Origin: Neocallimastix sp. 'constans'
Lineage: Eukaryota
Assembly: GCA_050613775.1 (NCBI GenBank)
Contig: JBODTK010000157.1
Span: 124,001-188,000, forward strand
Reading direction: 5' to 3'
Length of the DNA: 64,000 nt
A program made the translations under genes and the position numbers. The notes below the pieces were generated by a model. The model was not told where the DNA came from. It searched no databases and saw only the letters and a program-made list of their open reading frames with translations. Shown here piece after piece: positions 1 through 10,773 of this stretch (the stretch's first letter is position 1; each line of letters begins with the position of its first letter).

Positions 1-2257
1 TTTCAGATGTAGAGAGTGTTCTACTTACGCAACAGATAGGATGTTCAAGACTATCCTCTTCCTTCTGTAAAAGAACACCACCAATACCTTTAAGAGAAGC
101 ATCAGTACGAATGATGAATTCCTTTTTAAAATCTGGGTAACTTAATATTGGATCATTAAGTAAACATTCTTTAATATTTTCAAAAGCTTCTTCGCATTCA
201 TTTGACCATATATATTTTGAATTCTTTTTTAATAACTTAAAAAGAGGGTCAGCAATAATTGAGAAATTTTGAATAAATTTTCTATAATAACTAGCTAAAC
301 CTAAAAAAGAACGAAGTTCACTTACATCTTTAGGATTGTCCCACAAAGCAATACTTTGTACTTTTGATGGAATTGTTTTTAATCCTTTTGATGTTAGAAC
401 ATGACCTAATACTTCAACACTTTCTTGAAAGAATTTACATTTTTGTAAGTTAAGAGAAAGATTGTATTTAGAAAATATTTCAAAAGCTAACTTTAAATGT
501 TTAAGATGTTCATCAAGAGTTCTTGAATAAATTACAATATCATCTAAGTAAACAAATAAACATTTACCGATTAAAGGAAGTAATATTCTATTCATCTCCC
601 GTTGGAAGGTAGCGGGAGCATTGGTAAGGCCAAATGGCATTACTTTAAAATTGTAATTGCCGAATTTTGTGGTAAATGCTGTTTTCTCTATATCTTCTGG
701 ATTCATTGGAATTTGATGATATCCAGAATATAAGTCTAATGCGGAGAATACCGTCGCACCATTTACTGAATAAATTAGTTCATCTATAAATGGTAGTGCG
801 TAAGAATCTTTTATAGTAATTTCATTTAATTTGCGATAATCAATACACATTCTCCATTTCCCATTTTTCTTTTGAACTAATAGAACAGGAAAAGACCATG
901 GAGAATGTGAAGGAACTATAAGTCCTTTTTCTAATAGTTTAATTATTTCCGATTTAAGAATATCTGCATGCTCTTTTGATAATTTGTATGGTTTTAATTT
1001 TATAGGTTTATTACTAATTGTCACAATTGAATGTGGTTCTAAATTAGCTGTACTTAATTGTGACATTGAAGTTGCCATACAGTTTTTATACTTCTCAATT
1101 AAATTTTTAAATTCTGTCTTAAATTTTTCCGGGACAGATTCAATAATTTTATTTAATGTATCGATGAACTCTTGTTGTTCATCTTTTTCTATAATAATGG
1201 AATTAACAAGAGGTATTTCTGATTTACTATTAATTATATAAGTTACTTGTTTAATTCCTTTCTTAATTTTCTGGTAGACAGCATCATCATCTGGATCTAT
1301 ATACAAACGATACTTTTTCTGAATTCCTCTACCAAATATAATTTCAAAATATGGATTCGTATAATTAATTACATAGAATTTTTCTGTAATAGTTAATCTA
1401 TTATTTACGTTTATTTTTAATTCAATGTAACTATTTGTAGTTACTTTAGTACCATCCACAATGGTAATATCTTCTAAATTTTCACATTGTTTAATTACTT
1501 TATGTTTTAGTTTGCCTAGACAATTATTTGTTATAACATTAACGTTTGCACCGGTATCGTATAAGATTTTAAATGTCTTATTATCTATTTCACCACAAAT
1601 AATAGGAAGACTTGTATTAGTTAAGGAACAAAGAATTTTCTCAACTCTTGGTTTACAACCTTGTTCAAGTTCTTTTCTAATGGACGGACTTGCAGATAAT
1701 AATTGAGATAAACTAATTTTTGGAAAAAGGTTATTAGCTTCTTCAGTTATACTAAACTTTTCATTTTCATTTAACATTTGGATATTGGTCATTTTTCTTT
1801 TCTTAATAGTTTTTGGTTTTTCTGATTCTTTTTCATTATTACTTTCAATATATGAGGCTCCATTAATCTCATTTTCATTGCTATTTTCTTCTTCATTAAC
1901 TTCCATCACTATATCATCACTAGTATTTGGTTCATTTTCTTCAGAATTGCTAAGCTTTCTTCTTCTAGCATCTTTAATTACTTTCTTTTGTTGTTTTACT
2001 AATTTTGTTTTGGGTTCACTTAATAATGAAGGCTTTACTATAGATTTGTTATTTAATTTTCTTGTCGAAGTTTTTCTCTTTTGTACTGTACCGATAAAGT
2101 TTGAAGAATTTCTTTCAATATTACTTTCTTCTTTAGTGAAATTTTCTTTGTCATTTTCACTTCTTTCGAAATTATTTTCATTTTCATTTTCATTTTCATT
2201 TTCATTTGCAATTTTAATTGTCCTGGGAGATTGCGTACTCCCGATTATTAATTTAAA
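1..2257 (-). CDS. pol: Ty3/Gypsy pol (protease-RT-RNase H; runs off the window), in -1 frame relative to gag
   Basis: Manual minus-strand translation: FKILYDTGANVNVI (protease, ~1540-1575), KWRMCIDYRKLN (~830-860), MPFGLTNAPATFQR (~600-640), FVYLDDIVIYS (~525-556), FIIRTDASLKGIGGVLLQ (RNase H, ~65-120). RT directly follows PR, which is the Gypsy order. Probably absent from the ORF track because it has no stop inside the window. Confidence 0.95.
2208..2257 (-). promoter_or_regulatory. Programmed -1 ribosomal frameshift signal (slippery heptamer + pseudoknot)
   Basis: Minus strand U UUA AAU (2257-2251) directly before the gag stop, 8-nt spacer, stem GGGAG/CUCCC; loop GCAAU is complementary to downstream AUUGC. 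Confidence 0.8.
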
Positions 2258-3216
2258 TGGCTTTCGTCGTTTTCAGGGCAATCATTCATTTTGTGACCAA
2301 TTCGTTTACATTGTACACAAAAATTTATTTTTAATTGTTCTAATTTTTTTGTAATGTCATCTAAATCTTCTATTGTTGATTGAGGGTACCTTAAAGTGTT
2401 CATTCTATGTTCAATTCCTTTGTTTATTTCTTCTCTTGATTGCATTTTATACCTATTATTTCTTATATTGTTATTATAGTTATCATTATGTTTATTTTTA
2501 TTATCGTAACGATTATAATTATTATTATTGTTGTTATATTGCTTATTATTCGATCTGGAATTTGAAGTTGAAAAATAATCATTTCTATAATTATAATTGT
2601 TATAATTATTATTATAATTTTTAGATTCATTGAAATCTTTTATTTCTTTCTTGTTAACTCCGTGTAATTTTTTATATTTATTTTTATTTTCTTCCATTAA
2701 AGCAATAATTTTTCCTTTCTTGGATGTTATTTTCATTGCATCCTGAAGTGAGGTTGGTTCCTCTTCTAATAAGGCTTCATAAATTTTACCCCAATTCTTA
2801 AAAGCATTAATATAATATGAAGTGATAACTTGGTCACTAATTTCTAAATTCACTTGATTACACAGGGTATTGAATCTTACATCAAATTCAGAAATTCTTT
2901 CCCCTTTTTTAATAGTGACTGTAGATAATTCCAATAATCTGGCATTTTTAGAGGTAGAGACTCTGAAATGTCCTCTTAATTTATTTATTATAGTTTTGTA
3001 ACTATCTGGTGCTTCTTTGTTTAATGAATTGAATACAATGGTTCTCGCTATATCTGTAGTTAAGGAGATTAAGTATTCAATTTTATCTTCTTCTTCTTCT
3101 ATTTTATTAGCTTTACACCAGCGTTCATACGAAAAATGCCATTCCTCAAAGGAAACCTTATCCTTCCCTAATATAGGTAACCTATTAAAGGTTATTGCCT
3201 TGGTTGAATTTTCCAT
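2248..3216 (-). CDS. gag: Ty3/Gypsy gag (322 aa) with C-terminal CCHC zinc knuckle
   Basis: ORF track; retrotransposon capsid-like segment (TIKKGERISEFDVRFNTL), Asn-rich linker, CVQCKRIGHKMNDC knuckle; lies immediately upstream of pol. Confidence 0.92.
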   Translation of the reverse strand: MENSTKAITFNRLPILGKDKVSFEEWHFSYERWCKANKIEEEEDKIEYLISLTTDIARTIVFNSLNKEAPDSYKTIINKLRGHFRVSTSKNARLLELSTVTIKKGERISEFDVRFNTLCNQVNLEISDQVITSYYINAFKNWGKIYEALLEEEPTSLQDAMKITSKKGKIIALMEENKNKYKKLHGVNKKEIKDFNESKNYNNNYNNYNYRNDYFSTSNSRSNNKQYNNNNNNYNRYDNKNKHNDNYNNNIRNNRYKMQSREEINKGIEHRMNTLRYPQSTIEDLDDITKKLEQLKINFCVQCKRIGHKMNDCPENDESHLN

Positions 3217-3340
3217 TATTATTATTATTTTATTTATAAATTTTAAAAAGAAACCTTACAATTTATATTTTCGCTTATCTTAATTTATGAATTTATGAAT
3301 TATTTTACTTATTTCTTTTTTATTTATTCTTGCAAAAAGA

Positions 3341-3404
<64 letters not shown>

Positions 3405-3490
3405 ATTCTTTCGACTGTAGATAGTAGTATTTGTATACAATTTTATTTTAATTAACACCTTTGCCTCACAACCATAAAAAAAACCGGCGG

Positions 3491-3772
3491 TGTTAATATA
3501 ACAAAAAGGGAACAAGTAAACCCTTAAAAGAAAATTTTAAAACTATATATTTAATCTTAGACCTTCGGTGATCTAAGCGCATTAACCGTTGTTAACTCGT
3601 TTACTGCAACCTCACTCTGTTGAAGAGATATGGGATTAGATTACGTCTTTTATAGTAATCCTTTACGCAGTCTCTAACCAAATAGATTCGTCTAAACGAG
3701 TTGCAAATGAGCTTATTGAATACACTCAAAAACAACGTATAACCGAGTATTCTAACACTCGTCCTAATAATT

Positions 3773-3816
<44 letters not shown>

Positions 3817-4038
3817 CTACTTAAATCTACTTGAATAATTAAAATAGATATAACTTACTCGTATAGGAGTTATATCACTCACTCTCCACCAATTGACAAA
3901 CGATTCTATTATCTTAATTTGAAGTTATTACTTCAAAAGTGATAATAGATGTATCAAGTTTGAATTAATATAAATTTAATATAAATGAATTTATGTTATT
4001 ATTATTAATAATTAAGTTTTTATTATTCTAGCTTAACA
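3491..4038 (-). repeat. Putative 5' LTR of the Gypsy element (boundaries uncertain)
   Basis: Complex non-coding block upstream of gag bounded by TGTTAA (3491) and TTAACA (4038); alternative end ~4223. The second LTR is outside the window, so this cannot be verified. Confidence 0.4.
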
Positions 4039-5187
4039 CTGAATTGTTATTAATTTTTCAAAATTATACATTTCTTTTGTGTTTAGAATTAATTTTTATT
4101 ATTATATTTATTAATTTTTATTATTATATTTATTAATTTTTTTTATTATTATTTATTAATTTTTATTATTATTTATTATTATAATATTTGGTTATTATTT
4201 TTTTTATTACATTTCTAATAACAACGAGAAATTAATTTTATAAAATATTTACAAGTATTTATATTTTTACAATAATTTAAAGTATTTACAATTTTTAATA
4301 ATAAAATAATTAAGAATAATTATATTTATAAAAATAAACAATAAAATAAACAAATAAACAATTAATACAAGAATTATTATAAACAAAGAATTCAAAATAA
4401 TAAAAAAAAAGAGAAAATTGTTTACAAACTATTTACTTTTAATTAAAAAGAGAAATTAATTAACATTAATATTTCATTATTTTAAAAATTAAAATAGAAT
4501 TAAAGTATAATTTCGAGTTTTAGAATTTAATTAAAATAAATTTTTTTATTATGATTTTAATTTCAAATTTTAATTTATTAATTTGTTGTTGAATAGGTTA
4601 GATATTATTCAAGCTTTCTAATAATTTTATGCTTAAGAATTCCAATCTGTATCAAAAATAGTAAAATTATTTTCCTTATTAGTAAATATTTTATGATTAA
4701 TATAAATGGAGAAAACAAGTTATAAAAGCTGTGTTTAATTATTAATATATATATATATAATATAATATATTAAGAAAAACTGTTAAATATTCAATTTTTT
4801 TTTTTTTTTTTTTTTTTTTTGTATGAATAAAAATAGTGAAATTATTATTATCTACAAACGTTGAATTTAGTTATTTTCCTTATTATTATTATATCAGATA
4901 ATATTATAATTAATATTGAGTATATTTGTAAATATGTCATCATCTCATAGGTCAAATCATATATGATTTTTTTTTTTTTTTTTTTTTATTAATAATAAAA
5001 TAAATTTTCAATATTAATTATGTATATATCTTATCCATCTTTATAATAATTTTAATAAAAAAATTAAAATAATAAATGAAAAAATAAAACACTTTTTTAT
5101 CTACATTTAATTTCTTTATTAATATTTGAGGAATTTTTTTTTTTTTTTTTATAAAAGAATTATACTTTATATAATATTATAATATTT

Positions 5188-5226
<39 letters not shown>

Positions 5227-5280
5227 CAAATGATAAAAGAAATATATTATTATAAAATATTATAATATTTAATATTTACT

Positions 5281-5322
<42 letters not shown>

Positions 5323-5531
5323 TTAATCGTATTAATTTTAATTAAATTATAAATAAAAATAATTATTGTTTTAATAATTTAAATTTAATAATTTAAATAT
5401 ATGAAAAAATAAAAAAAAGGTAAAAGTTAGTTTAAATAAAATTATTAGTTGTATTTTTATTATGAAATATAATATATATATATATATATATATTTTTATG
5501 AATAAACAAAAACAAAGAAAAAAAAAATTAA

Positions 5532-6058
5532 ATGGCTAATACCAAAAGTGGTTTCAAGAGACGTTTCCCAAGAGTTGGTAAATGTTGTTGTTGTTGTGAA
5601 CCTAAAGTTTCAGTTATCGTTTGCACTATCATATTTATAGTAAGTATTGATAATAAAAATAAGAAATAAAAAATTAAAAAAAAAAAAAAATAAATAATTT
5701 AAAAAGATAATTGGGATGATAATTATAAATATATTTTAAAAATATATGAAATGTTTTATTTTATTTTATTTTATTTTATTTTTTATTTTTTTAAAAAAAA
5801 AAAAATAAAAATTAAAAATAAAATAAAACTAAAATAAAATTAAAATAAAATTAAAATAAAATAAAACTAAAAATAAAATATAAAATAATAAATGATAAAT
5901 AGATTTGGTTAGGACTTGGAGTATTTTATGCAGAAATTTCATTTAATATTGTAGATAAGTATAACACTACTACAACTAGTATTATTTCAAAAGTTTTTAT
6001 TGTACTTAATATATGCGTCCTTATATTACTTATTTTATTACATATTGGTATTATAAAT
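5532..6058 (+). pseudogene. First two exons of a small Cys-rich multi-pass membrane protein, truncated by a LINE
   Basis: Exon 1 5532-5639 MANTKSGFKRRFPRVGKCCCCCEPKVSVIVCTIIFI, then GTAAGT; exon 2 5903-6058 IWLGLGVFYAEISF...KVFIVLNICVLILLILLHIGIIN, then GT. Both junctions are phase 0. The next acceptor (AAG 6191-6193) leads into LINE sequence. Confidence 0.7.
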
Positions 6059-6193
6059 GTAAATAAATTCAATACACAATTAAAAATAAATATATTCTAA
6101 TGTTTTATTGTATTTAAAAAAAAAAAAATTATTATTATTTTTTTTTTTATGAATTCTTTATTTTTGTTTTATTTATTCTTTTTATATTTAAAG

Positions 6194-7443
6194 TGAACAA
6201 CCGCTTAAACAGACCAAAGGGGTCTTATGATTCCATCTGTTGTAGAGAGGACTACTTCTCAATTCTTCTTAATGAATTTGATGATAATGAAGAATTAAGT
6301 TCTAATGAAATGGTCAATAAATTTATAGAAACAGCTAATAAAGTTGGTGATAAAGTTCCTGCTAGAGTTCCTTGTGAATCTTAAGGGCTCAGTTTTTCCA
6401 CTGCCCTTATTATATCAAGAAACTTTCTCATGAAAAGCATGTTGCATTTTATGAAATCAAAAAAAAAAAATTTTTTCTTTAGGTCCTAATCTTGAAAATC
6501 TTGATGATTTTTTAAAATTTGCTTCCTGAATATTAAAAATATATGTGGTAAAGTCAGGTCAATTTTAAGTTTTCTAATAAATCAAAACAATTTCATCAGT
6601 CGATAGATTCTGTATGTAATGATTTTCGTAACAAAAAAATGCTAAGGAGTGCTTGGTTAAAATTAAAGAAGCTATCTCACTTTATGTACTCTAATTCTAT
6701 TTCATCAAGCGTTTTAAAGGACAAGCAAGGTTAACTTTTTTATTTTCTCATTCGGATCAATTGAATCGATTTGCTAAACATTATAGTGAACTAGCTTCTG
6801 ATGTTACTTAACAAACATAGTCTGGATAATGAATACTGGGTAAAATTTATTTAGGAATTAATCATAATAATAATAATCCTACTTGGGATATTAATGATCC
6901 TATTACTATGGAAGAAATTCATAGCACTGGGCTTGATATGAAAAATAGTAAAGCTCCTTGGCCTCGATGGTATTCCGATTGAATTTTTTTAAAGCCTTCT
7001 TTAGTAAATCTGATTTATCTGATCATCAAGATGATTCTTTTAGTTGTTCACTACTTTGATTGTGCTATATGTTTACATTCATTATTTTAACAAAATCTGG
7101 GATGGTGATTTCCATAAGTTTATACATTTCAATTAGAGAAATATGTCAAAGAAGAAAAATTTCAAGGAAATTTTTTACTTATTTCGTTTTTTTTTGATCT
7201 TAAAAAAGCCTGTGATTCAGTACCTATCTTTAATATTTTGACCAAAGTATATAACTTAGGAATTAGAGGTTAAATGTTAGCTATTTTTAAGGAATCTTTA
7301 TCTACCCTCTAAAGCTCGTGCTTTTTTTTTTTCTAATGGTAATATCTCAGAAGAATTTTCGATTAATCGTGGTGTTAGACAGGGATGCTCTCTATCTCCT
7401 TATTTTATTCAATTTGTTCATTTAATGATATACTGGATAATTG

Positions 7444-7495
<52 letters not shown>

Positions 7496-8510
7496 CAGGG
7501 AAGAGAATACACTTCCAAAACTTTATTAAATTTTATTTTAAAAAATACATGTAGGTGAAAAGTACATTTGAAATTAAAAATAAAAAATTTAAAAAATAAA
7601 AAAATAAAAAAGCTCGAAAATACTATGTATTTCGGCAAGTTGTACTATGCAGGAATTTTTCCCTTCCTAACAAATAAAAAAGAAATAAAACCTAGAAGTA
7701 ACATTTTTAAAATAGATAGTGTGGTGTCCACTTAACTCTCCCCGGATTCATCATCTATTGAACTACTTGGGCAAGATTCATCCTTCGTAGAAATAGATGC
7801 TGATCCTGTATTATCATTATGCCTTATCAGTACGACGTCGACGCTCTTGGATAAGTTTGGTATTTTGCAATACCTATCAAATAATAGCTCAAACGAACTA
7901 CTTATGATAGGTATTGCACTTGTTAAGAATTCGCCAAGAATAATTGTGATAAGTATGGCGTAAATTTAGATTCTCAATATTGTTGTGGTGGACTTTTTGC
8001 AAATGATATTGTTTTAGTTTCTCCATCTAAACAAGCTTATAAAGAAAGCTTTTAATAAAGTTCATGAATGGGCTCTTAAAAATGAAAATGACTTTTGGAA
8101 TTAATAAGTGTTGCTACTCTTGTTGTAAAAAACCACTTAACTTTGTTAAACCGATAAATTACGAAGATCCATCTTTCTTTATTGGTAGTATCAACTTACC
8201 TAAAACTGACAACTATACTTATCTTGGTATTCCTTTTGATGAATCTTTAGCATTGAAAACCTATACAATCCAAAGTAAACAGTAATTTAAGTGTCAAGTT
8301 AAATTCGTACTTTCGATTTCTTATTAATAAATCTATTCCTCTCCCATTGAAGAAATATGTTTTTTTAATTTCATTTATTCTTAGTCTTGTTATATATTAT
8401 ACTCCTCTCTTTGGTTCAAATAAGAGCAGACGCTCTAAAGCTTAAAAAATCATTAACAGAGGATTTTATTGGAGTTTATGGATTTAAATCTCGCAATTCT
8501 TATATTAGTC
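6194..8510 (+). mobile_element. Degenerate LINE ORF2 (RT region), frameshifted, with a nested insertion
   Basis: Remnants KAPG.DGIPIEFF (~6950-6990), FFDLKKA.DSVP (~7190-7225), RGVRQGCSLSP.LFNLFINDILDNCD (~7368-7447), resuming KYGVNLDSQYCCGGLFANDIVLVSP (7951+), MTFGINKC and YTYLGIPF. Confidence 0.9.
7448..7939 (-). mobile_element. 5'-truncated LINE 3' end with poly(A) tail and 11-bp TSD, nested in another LINE
   Basis: Poly-T 7447-7492; direct repeat ATAATTGTGAT at 7437-7447 and 7940-7950; 3' UTR motifs (AAGAGAA..TACACTT; ATAGTGTG..TCCACT.AACTCTCCC) shared with the element at ~25.7-26.8 kb. Confidence 0.9.
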
Positions 8511-8820
8511 GACTGTTCCGTATTCTTTGGAGGAATGCGGAGTTTCTAACCAACGTAATACCTTTTATTTGTCGATCTTTTTAGATTGATAATGAAATGG
8601 TATTCCGTTGAATCTTCCGTTGAATCTATCATTGCGGAGAGCGTCGACGTCGAAATGATAAGGCATCTCCCTGTGAAAGATATGATACAGATTCGTTATA
8701 TAACATTAATACTGAAATTACTGAAATTATTATTACTCGCAATAATGGACGTTGGTGTTATCATCGAGGAATGGGAAAAGTTAGAGGCTAATGCTTCTAA
8801 CGCACTTTTATAATTTTATA
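8511..8820 (+). mobile_element. LINE ORF2 C-terminal fragment
   Basis: Contains GAGAGCGTCGACGTCGAAATGATAAGGCA (ESVDVEMIRH), homologous to the C-termini of the other LINE copies, preceded by a PYSL..NAEFLTNVIP-type segment. Confidence 0.65.
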
Positions 8821-8821
8821 A

Positions 8822-10020
8822 TTTTTTTTTTTAACGGCAAACTTGTTTCATATTTATTAATTAAATATTTGAAAAAAAAAACATGTAATAAAAAGAAAAA
8901 AAAAAAAAGATAAAAAAATAAACAAAACAAAAAAAAAACACAAAATAAAATAAAATAATGGTATAATATATTCTAGTTTCATTTAATTAATATCTGTAAG
9001 ACTTCACAAGGGCATTATTATACTGAAGTATAATAATTAATTTTGACTTCACAATGTTAATCATAATTTTAAGATACGAAATTATGATCTTCATTGGTTG
9101 CCCTAGTCCTGCTGGCCTGTCTTACTGTTTCTTCAGCATTGACGCTCTTGGTAGTAGTAGTAGTAGTACGATTCGATTTGAACCTATTGAACAAAGACCA
9201 TTGCTGGCCAATAGCAATAGGTATAATCGATTGAAGAAGTGCCGCAGTAACCACTAAGAATGGAGTATCAGAATAAGCACCTGATTTCATCTGGCACTTA
9301 AATAGATCCTTCCATTCCCTTGTACTGTTATTAATACTTCGACCTCCAAGAAGGAAATTAAACACTTTTTCACACACACTAGAATCAACATACACATTAT
9401 TTTCAATACTATTACTAACATTACTAAAAATACTTTTACTATTATTACTATTACTATTATTTCTATTACTATTACTATTATTACTATTACTATTATTACT
9501 ATAACTATTATTACTATTACTATTATTACTGTTGCTATTATCATTATTACTATTAACAATATCATTTGTTAGGTTGCCACGGTTAAAAGCATTATATAAA
9601 GATAAAATTTTATCAATAACTTTTCTATGAATATGAATGAAAAATGGACAATCAATTAACCAATGCCTTATCCATTGTTTATTACTTTTACAACAGGAAC
9701 AAAAATTAGGATACACTTTGATTCTATTATTTTTGAAGCTTTAGCAATTCTAGCATCTAATCTATATCCGCTTCGTTCTCTCAATAGCCAATAGAAACCA
9801 TATGAATGATCAGGATATTCATAACAAAGTTTTATAAAATTTGGATAATGTTTCTTCGAATATGGTTTTGTCATAAAATTCAGCTTTTAATAGAATTGAT
9901 TTTCATATCTCTTTTCCAATAAAAAATCCTTGATTTTACTATCGTTATTACCTCTTTTCTCTAGTTTATGTTTAAGAGTTCTACTTTTCTTTCGTCCATG
10001 TATATTTTCTAGATTTTGGA
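8822..10020 (-). mobile_element. LINE 3' fragment (ORF2 C-terminus with CCHC finger, 3' UTR, short poly(A))
   Basis: ORFs 9668-9874 and 9069-9716: GFYWLLRERSGYRLDARIAK / CSCCKSNKQWIRHWLIDC / FNFLLGG / TKSVNAEETVRQASR, homologous to ORF 21855-22673. The 3' UTR 8881-9020 recurs at 59691-59865. Confidence 0.85.
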
Positions 10021-10102
10021 ATATTATTAACATAATTTTATAATATATAATATTTTTATTTCATGTATTTTATTTGTTATTTTTTTCATTTAAATCATGT
10101 AA

Positions 10103-10148
<46 letters not shown>

Positions 10149-10172
10149 AATTAAATAAAGTTATTCTCTAAG

Positions 10173-10216
<44 letters not shown>

Positions 10217-10465
10217 ATTTGATGTTTATTAATCTCCATTATAGATTAGTAAAATTTATTAATAAAATTATAATATTCGTATTACAATTAAAATAATAAT
10301 AATTTTAATTCCTAAAATTTACAAGAGAGTCCTCCATTTCTAATATATATAATTTAATCTATTGATAAGAAATAGGTAATATATTAATTATATATTCTAA
10401 TATATAGAACTATATAAATTTTTTATGAATAAAAGTATTATAATTATTATAATTATAATAATATA

Positions 10466-10719
10466 TGCTATTATATCTAATCTAGAAACAAAATTTAATA
10501 AATGAATAATTTAAAAATATAAATAATAATATAAAACAATGATTTAAATCAAATGTATAAATTAATGTATAAATTAATTTTAGTCTAGAACAAGCCACAT
10601 AATTAGTATAAATACATGTAAATTTTCTCTTTAAATCTTTGTAATTACCTTTATATATTTTCATATATAAATAAATAAATAAAATATATTTTAAATAAAA
10701 TAACTTTAATTAAATAATA
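10466..10719 (+). repeat. Copia 5' LTR
   Basis: TGCTATT...AATAATA; identical to 15046-15299. Confidence 0.97.
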
Positions 10720-10734
10720 GATTAAGAGTCTCAT
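10720..10734 (+). promoter_or_regulatory. Primer-binding site complementary to the tRNA-Lys(CUU) anticodon arm
   Basis: GATTAAGAGTCTCAT directly after the LTR; its reverse complement ATGAGA-CTCTTAA-TC is a Lys CUU anticodon stem-loop. Confidence 0.8.
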
Positions 10735-10773
10735 TCTGAGATTAAGAAAACATTTTTATTTTTCTGCAAAACA

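Noticed and set aside
984..3283. Plus-strand ORFs (984, 1461, 1785, 2373, 3017)
   Set aside because: Antisense shadows of Gypsy gag/pol.
9100..9151. CTGAAGA/GAAAC-like words suggesting a hammerhead ribozyme
   Set aside because: There is no room for stems I and II in the required order.
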